64,000 nt of DNA from assembly GCA_964628585.1 (NCBI GenBank), contig CAZVMH010000002.1:97751-161750 (forward strand), in the 5' to 3' direction. The position numbers and the translations under genes were made by a program. A model generated the notes under the pieces. It was not told the origin of the DNA. It was given only the letters and a program-made list of their open reading frames with translations, and made no database searches. This document shows, one piece after another, positions 58,868 through 64,000 of this stretch (position 1 is its first letter; each line of letters starts with the position of its first letter). This DNA is from an uncultured Candidatus Saccharibacteria bacterium. GTDB lineage: Bacteria > Patescibacteriota > UBA1384 > XYA2-FULL-43-10 > 1-14-0-10-43-13.

Positions 58868-60000
58868 AGCTCCCCCTCAAATGCTTTTTTCAATATTGAT
58901 TTTTTCAGCTCGTCCAAATCCGCCAATTTTTGTTTATAAATCGCTTCCAGTTTTTTAGTCTGCTCCGACAACGCATCAAGCTTTTTGACGATGGATTTTT
59001 GTTCAGCCAACCCTGGTAATTTTATCTTAAAATCCCTCAAATACCCCAAACCAACAAACTTTTGTGTTGTTCCTTTGGCTTCGTTCAGCATCTTGTCAAT
59101 AACAAATTTGGAATCTAGGAAATATTTGAGAAAATAACTGTCATTTTCTTTTGAAATTTTAAATAAAGCAACATTTTTTATAGCAAAATTAGGCTCAACT
59201 TTTATAACAACAGGGTTACCGATTGTCCCAATCATGGCAAACAAAATATCGCCTTTGTCTACTTTACTTCGGTTATTTATTTTGTCATAGTCTTTTTCAG
59301 AAATATATTTGATATTTTTGTAATCAAGTTCATCTCTTTTAAGATTTTTTGAAGTAATCAGGGCAAAACCGTTTTGATGATATTGTGGCGAATCATGTGT
59401 GCCGTCGCGAACATCGTACGCATCTCCCAATCTTTTCTCCTTCCAATCATCTCCTGGGCTTGCAAAAACACTTTGCAAATATGATTCAAAAAGCTCTTTA
59501 GAATTTTGGAGATTTTTTTGGGTATTTTCTTTCGCATTAGCAATTTTCTCAAAAACCTCATCCAAAATCTTCACAATCCGCTTTTGTTCCTCAATCGGCG
59601 GAACTGGAACTTCAAGATCTTCAAAATGTCTTCTTCTTAATGATTTTGCAGTTGCACCAACCGCAACTCTTTCAAAATATTTATGTTCAAGTATTAAATA
59701 ATACTCTACAAATTTAATATTTACATTTTCGTCAAAATCCAATAACGCGTAAGCTCTTTGATGTAAATTGAATTTTCCAAAGTAATACCTTGGGAAGAAT
59801 TCTGCGCCTTCGCCAGGTATTATTAGTGCTTCACCTTCAAATAGAAAATGGTTACTTCTTTTGATTATTTTTGATCTATCAAAAAAGGCATACTTTCCAT
59901 CTACAACAGCATCAACTGTGTTTGAACTCCCAGTTGTAATTTTACAAACCTCACCAAGTTTTTTTATTTGCCAATTATTAGGCAAGTTTTTATTACTCAT
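58864..60000 (-). CDS. hsdS: Type I R-M specificity subunit S
   Basis: Two TRDs bounded by W..KKLGEV, PVPPIEEQKRIV and LPGLAEQKSIV..L..SILKKAFEGEL. Confidence 0.95.
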   Translation of the reverse strand: MSNKNLPNNWQIKKLGEVCKITTGSSNTVDAVVDGKYAFFDRSKIIKRSNHFLFEGEALIIPGEGAEFFPRYYFGKFNLHQRAYALLDFDENVNIKFVEYYLILEHKYFERVAVGATAKSLRRRHFEDLEVPVPPIEEQKRIVKILDEVFEKIANAKENTQKNLQNSKELFESYLQSVFASPGDDWKEKRLGDAYDVRDGTHDSPQYHQNGFALITSKNLKRDELDYKNIKYISEKDYDKINNRSKVDKGDILFAMIGTIGNPVVIKVEPNFAIKNVALFKISKENDSYFLKYFLDSKFVIDKMLNEAKGTTQKFVGLGYLRDFKIKLPGLAEQKSIVKKLDALSEQTKKLEAIYKQKLADLDELKKSILKKAFEGEL

Positions 60001-62311
60001 TATTACCTACTAATTTTTCAATCTTCTTCCATAATTCCTTGAACTGAGATTCTTTAATCAGGATCACAAATTCTTCAAGTAATTTTGAAGTACTTTCAGG
60101 AGGTAACGGATCAGTACTAGCCTCTGGATTACCATGACTGTAATAATTGATCGCAGAGTAAAATGCCTTATACTTATCCACATCAAAATTTGTGAAGATC
60201 GTTCTAATAGACTCTGCTTCAAATTGATGAAGTCCATAGAAATGTCTTACTGTTTCAAAGAATCTTCTCATATCATTTCCGATATTTCCTTCATATTTAT
60301 CATCCACGGAGGCTTCGTAAATTCTTTGAAGTGCTGTCTCGAATTCCGAAATCAATTTTCTATTTGATATAATTTTTATTGTTTTTTCATTTAAGATGAA
60401 ATAAAGTGCAGATTCTTTAAAAATATTACCTCTCAACATATTGAAAAATTGTGTATTATGTGTTAATACTATTTTTTGGATTTTAGGCTTTTCTTCACCC
60501 TTCCATAGTTCAGTATATATTTTATTTTCATATTCCTCTAATAAATTACAAATTCCAAAGAAGTTTCCGTAACTAGTACTACAAATTGGATCATCAATCA
60601 TAAATACAGAATTATTATATCTCTCTGGGCTATCAAATTTTTGTATACTTGATGCTAAAAAATAACAGAAACCGATCATTGTTTTCTCGCCTTCACTGAT
60701 CTTTCTTGTTTCCTTCGAAATATCCACATCATTTAATCGTAAGGATATGGTTCCATTTAATATTTCGGCTTTATACTTATGCAGATCTAGATAATTATGT
60801 AAAAATTTATTAAACAAATTAACAATATTTGAAAGAGCGTCTGTTTTAGGCAGCTTATCTTTTTCAATTTTTAACTCAGATTTATTATCTTCGATAATCT
60901 TACCCAATTTATTAACTTCATCAAAATCACTCTTATTATCCATATAAAAATTATAAAGGTGCTTCTGTCCAATCATTTTTCTTAGTTCTGTTTCTCTATG
61001 ACTGCTATTATCGATCTTTTTATTAACATCAAAAATTAAATCATTGTTCTTTTTGATCTTTACATTTAATTCCTTAATTTCTTTCGAAGTATCAATGTTT
61101 AAAATAGGGCATTCTTCGGGATTTTGTTTTTTTGAGTCAAGTAGCTTCTCTAAGGATTCGATTTTTTCAATCATAGATTCCGTAGTTAAATCTTCCCATT
61201 TGTTTTTCAAAGAAAATATTTCAATATATTCCTCGGTTTTAGACTGCAAGTTATTATTAACTTTTTGTAAATTAGTTTTTAATAATTGTAAATCTTTTTT
61301 AAATTGATCTACTTTTGACTCAAATATTCCTTTTTCGTCTTTAAAATAGTTTTTGTAGCTATTAAATAATTCTTTTACAGAATTATCTATCGCTCTGTTA
61401 CATAGTAAGCACTTATTAACAGCTTCGCTTTTTTCAATCCCCTCTTTTAATAGCGACTGCTGTATCCAATTTGTAGTAATATTGGCAATATTACTTTCCG
61501 TTTCTTCATCAAATTTACTGAATTTCTTTTCTTCCTTCAAAATGGTGGAAATATCGTTCAGTTCGTTTATTTGATTGACAGATATCTCAGTTAATTGAGA
61601 AACCATTTTGTCGGATATTCTAAATCCTTTAACTTTTTTAAACTGATCCTCACATGAACTAAATTCGTTTTTATTTATGGGTGGTGTAACTTCAAACTCT
61701 TCACTCATGATATTAATCAATGAAAACTCCTGCCATATACTTAGATCTTTTCCCTTATAATCATTTTTTTTAAGTTTTGTTTTTGCAGTAGTTAGGGTTT
61801 CCGAAAGAGTCTCGCATATCTTTTCTCTATTTTTAGTTTTCTGCTCAATATCTAATTCGAGCGATTGGATTTTAATATTTTCTTTTCCTACTGGAATTAA
61901 TATAGTCCCGTCGATATCCTTTTCAGAAAAATTAACACACTTGATATTTTCTTCGATATAATCAGAGTTAAAAATACACAGATCACCTAGAATCTTTTGA
62001 TTTTCATCTAAAGAATAATTTGATTGATTAATAATTTTTCCGTCAACACAAATAGAAAAATCTGATTTACTACTGGTTTGTTCTGCTTCATGAGATAATA
62101 ACTCATCAATATTATTTTCTGAACTAGAGATATATTTAAATAATCGACTGAGGTTTGTTTTTCCTGATCCATTTGGTGCATAAATAATTGTTTTATGATA
62201 ATCTTCAAAATCGCCATCTTTATTCTTTTTTGAATGCAACAAAACTCCTTCTCCGTTGAAATCCAGAAAATTTCGTATATATTTAATTGATTGAATTTGT
62301 TCTAATTTCAC
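59993..62311 (-). CDS. RloC/PrrC-like ABC-ATPase (AAA_13) with zinc hook and C-terminal HEPN nuclease
   Basis: YAPNGSGKT, coiled coil with CLLC, ISEGEK signature, IDDPICS, LTHN, MRRFFE...NYYSH; very AT-rich. Confidence 0.78.
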   Translation of the reverse strand: MKLEQIQSIKYIRNFLDFNGEGVLLHSKKNKDGDFEDYHKTIIYAPNGSGKTNLSRLFKYISSSENNIDELLSHEAEQTSSKSDFSICVDGKIINQSNYSLDENQKILGDLCIFNSDYIEENIKCVNFSEKDIDGTILIPVGKENIKIQSLELDIEQKTKNREKICETLSETLTTAKTKLKKNDYKGKDLSIWQEFSLINIMSEEFEVTPPINKNEFSSCEDQFKKVKGFRISDKMVSQLTEISVNQINELNDISTILKEEKKFSKFDEETESNIANITTNWIQQSLLKEGIEKSEAVNKCLLCNRAIDNSVKELFNSYKNYFKDEKGIFESKVDQFKKDLQLLKTNLQKVNNNLQSKTEEYIEIFSLKNKWEDLTTESMIEKIESLEKLLDSKKQNPEECPILNIDTSKEIKELNVKIKKNNDLIFDVNKKIDNSSHRETELRKMIGQKHLYNFYMDNKSDFDEVNKLGKIIEDNKSELKIEKDKLPKTDALSNIVNLFNKFLHNYLDLHKYKAEILNGTISLRLNDVDISKETRKISEGEKTMIGFCYFLASSIQKFDSPERYNNSVFMIDDPICSTSYGNFFGICNLLEEYENKIYTELWKGEEKPKIQKIVLTHNTQFFNMLRGNIFKESALYFILNEKTIKIISNRKLISEFETALQRIYEASVDDKYEGNIGNDMRRFFETVRHFYGLHQFEAESIRTIFTNFDVDKYKAFYSAINYYSHGNPEASTDPLPPESTSKLLEEFVILIKESQFKELWKKIEKLVGNNE

Positions 62312-63783
62312 AGAGCTTCTTTTATGGATTTCATAATGTTATTGCTTTCTTCATCTAATTGCTTTATCCCCTCCAAAATCTCCTTTGGTTCACGGAGAGT
62401 TGTTTCGGTGGATTTGTTTGGGTTTTTGACAGATAGATCGAAGGTTTTTGGATCGATATTGCTTACATCAATTGACCAGCTGTTTTTGCTGTCGGATTTG
62501 GTTTTTTGCAAGTTCACAAATTCTGCGAGGTCGGTTTCAGAAAGCGGATTGCCTTTGCCGAGATTGCGGGCGAGGTTGAGCTGATAAAACCAGACTTTTC
62601 TGGTTGGTGTACCCTTCTCAAAGAATAATATTACTGTTTTCACACCAGCGCCGGCAAATGTGCCGCCGGGGAGATCGAGAACTGTGTGCAAATTGCAACT
62701 TTCAAGTAAATATTTACGAAGTGAAACCGAGGCGTTGTCGGTATTGGAAAGAAAAGTATTTTTGATGACGATACCTGCTTTGCCACCGGCTTTGAGTGAT
62801 TTAATAAAGTGTTGGAGAAAAAGGAATGCTGTTTCACCGGTTTTGATGGGAAAGTTTTGCTGAACTTCACTTCGTTCTTTGCCACCGAAAGGCGGATTGG
62901 TCAGAATGATGTCATAGCGATCTTTTTCCTGAATATCGGCAATATTTTCCGAAAGCGTATTGGTATGAATAATATTTGGCGCTTCGATGCCGTGAAGAAT
63001 CATATTCATAATGCCGATTATATATGGAAGTGGTTTCTTTTCTTTGCCATAGAAAGTTCTTTTTTGAAGTATTTCCGCATCGGTAGTTGAAAGATTTTTA
63101 CTTTCTTTTAAATAATCGTAAGCTTCACATAAAAAGCCGGCCGAGCCAACGGCGCCGTCATATATTTTATCGCCAATTTTTGGATTGACAACTTTGACAA
63201 TAGTGCGAATAAGCGATCGAGGTGTGTAGTACTCACCACCGTTGCGACCGGCATTGCCCATATTTTTGATCTTGTCTTCGTAGAGATGAGAAAGTTCATG
63301 TCTTTCTGATTGCGAGCGAAAGTGCATTGTGTCGACGATGTCGAGAATATTGCGAAGAGTATAGCCCGAGTTAATTTTGTTTCTAATTTCGCCAAATATT
63401 TCGCTGATTTTGTACTCAATGGTATCGGGCTCGGCATTTGCCTTTATCTTTTTCAAATAAGGAAAAAGTTCGTAATCAACAAAGTCCTTGAGATCATCAC
63501 CAGAGAAAGCTTTATTGTGATCAAGTTTTTTGTCTGCGTTTTTTGGACAAGCCCAGACTTCCCAACGAAATTTTGGCTCGAGAATATATTTGTATTCTTT
63601 GCCAGCCAAAATGGCTTCTTTTCTTTTTTGTTCTTCGAGATCGTCGAGATATTTCAAAAACAAAATCCAGGAAGTTTGCTCAACATAATCAAGCTCACTT
63701 GATACTCCCGCATCCTTCCAAAGTACATTGTCGATGTTTTTAAATGCTTGCTCAAATGATGGAGCTGTATTTTCTTTTGCCAT
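62308..63783 (-). CDS. hsdM: Type I R-M methyltransferase subunit M (m6A)
   Basis: YVEQTSWILFLKYLDD, GEYYTPR, DGAVGSAGFL, TNPPFGG. Confidence 0.95.
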   Translation of the reverse strand: MAKENTAPSFEQAFKNIDNVLWKDAGVSSELDYVEQTSWILFLKYLDDLEEQKRKEAILAGKEYKYILEPKFRWEVWACPKNADKKLDHNKAFSGDDLKDFVDYELFPYLKKIKANAEPDTIEYKISEIFGEIRNKINSGYTLRNILDIVDTMHFRSQSERHELSHLYEDKIKNMGNAGRNGGEYYTPRSLIRTIVKVVNPKIGDKIYDGAVGSAGFLCEAYDYLKESKNLSTTDAEILQKRTFYGKEKKPLPYIIGIMNMILHGIEAPNIIHTNTLSENIADIQEKDRYDIILTNPPFGGKERSEVQQNFPIKTGETAFLFLQHFIKSLKAGGKAGIVIKNTFLSNTDNASVSLRKYLLESCNLHTVLDLPGGTFAGAGVKTVILFFEKGTPTRKVWFYQLNLARNLGKGNPLSETDLAEFVNLQKTKSDSKNSWSIDVSNIDPKTFDLSVKNPNKSTETTLREPKEILEGIKQLDEESNNIMKSIKEAL

Positions 63784-63785
63784 GT

Positions 63786-64000
63786 TTAGTCCTTTTTTAA
63801 TCTTGCGAAGAGGATTTTCCAACTTTCTGGAATTCCTTTTTCCTCTTTTATCGATTGCAAATATTCTGTTAAATCTTTGTTTAGTTTATCATTTTGATCT
63901 TTGGACATGTTTTTTGCTTTGGCAAAGAAGGAAATATCCATTTTGTCCACAACTTCTTCTGGGTTTTTGTAATAGTAAATGCTGTCGGCTATATGTGTGC
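63786..64000 (-). CDS. 3' end of an unidentified gene (starts beyond the window)
   Basis: Open frame ...THIADSIYYYKNPEEVVDKMDISFF...GIPESWKILFARLKKD* ends 2 nt before the hsdM ATG. Confidence 0.6.
   Translation of the reverse strand, partial: THIADSIYYYKNPEEVVDKMDISFFAKAKNMSKDQNDKLNKDLTEYLQSIKEEKGIPESWKILFARLKKD

Noticed and set aside
45299-64000. Prophage or integrative element covering the accessory region
   Set aside because: No integrase, terminase, capsid, relaxase or att repeats detected in the window.

Overview
AT-rich chromosomal segment of a Patescibacteria (CPR) bacterium using the standard genetic code; a Berkelbacteria-like lineage is my inference. The CPR call rests on a DUF5663-like protein, two TraD/TrwB-like DUF87 ATPases, a sigma70-r4/HARE-HTH protein, Sbp and short overlapping genes. 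Gene orientation flips from + (990-10175) to almost entirely - (10727 onward) across a perfect 11-6-11 dif-like palindrome at 10574-10601, so the window probably spans the replication terminus. The core carries secDF, rluD, rmuC, a UvrD-nuclease fusion, trxA/B, nrdR, ftsA/Z, dgkA-ybeY-HD-yqeY-rpsU, eno, lexA, rlmD, hisS, rel, clpC and nusA. It ends in a type I R-M locus with an RloC-like ATPase/HEPN gene inserted between hsdM and hsdS. The most striking signal is four scattered transcription units: a PlsY-acyl reductase fusion, a PEP-CTERM protein, a HAF-repeat protein, and a TolB-like propeller plus lipoprotein. Their transcribed parts are visibly GC-rich, with strong SD motifs and GC hairpins. 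Each has an AT-rich 17-bp-spaced sigma70 promoter and no mobility genes, and their products need machinery that CPR cells generally lack. Other findings are an unannotated ~200-nt promoter-to-terminator ncRNA (56238-56439, 6S-like fold), direct-repeat LexA boxes at lexA and rmuC, and a structured leader before a lytic transglycosylase. All family calls are from motif recognition by eye; no database searches were run, and GC statements are visual estimates.
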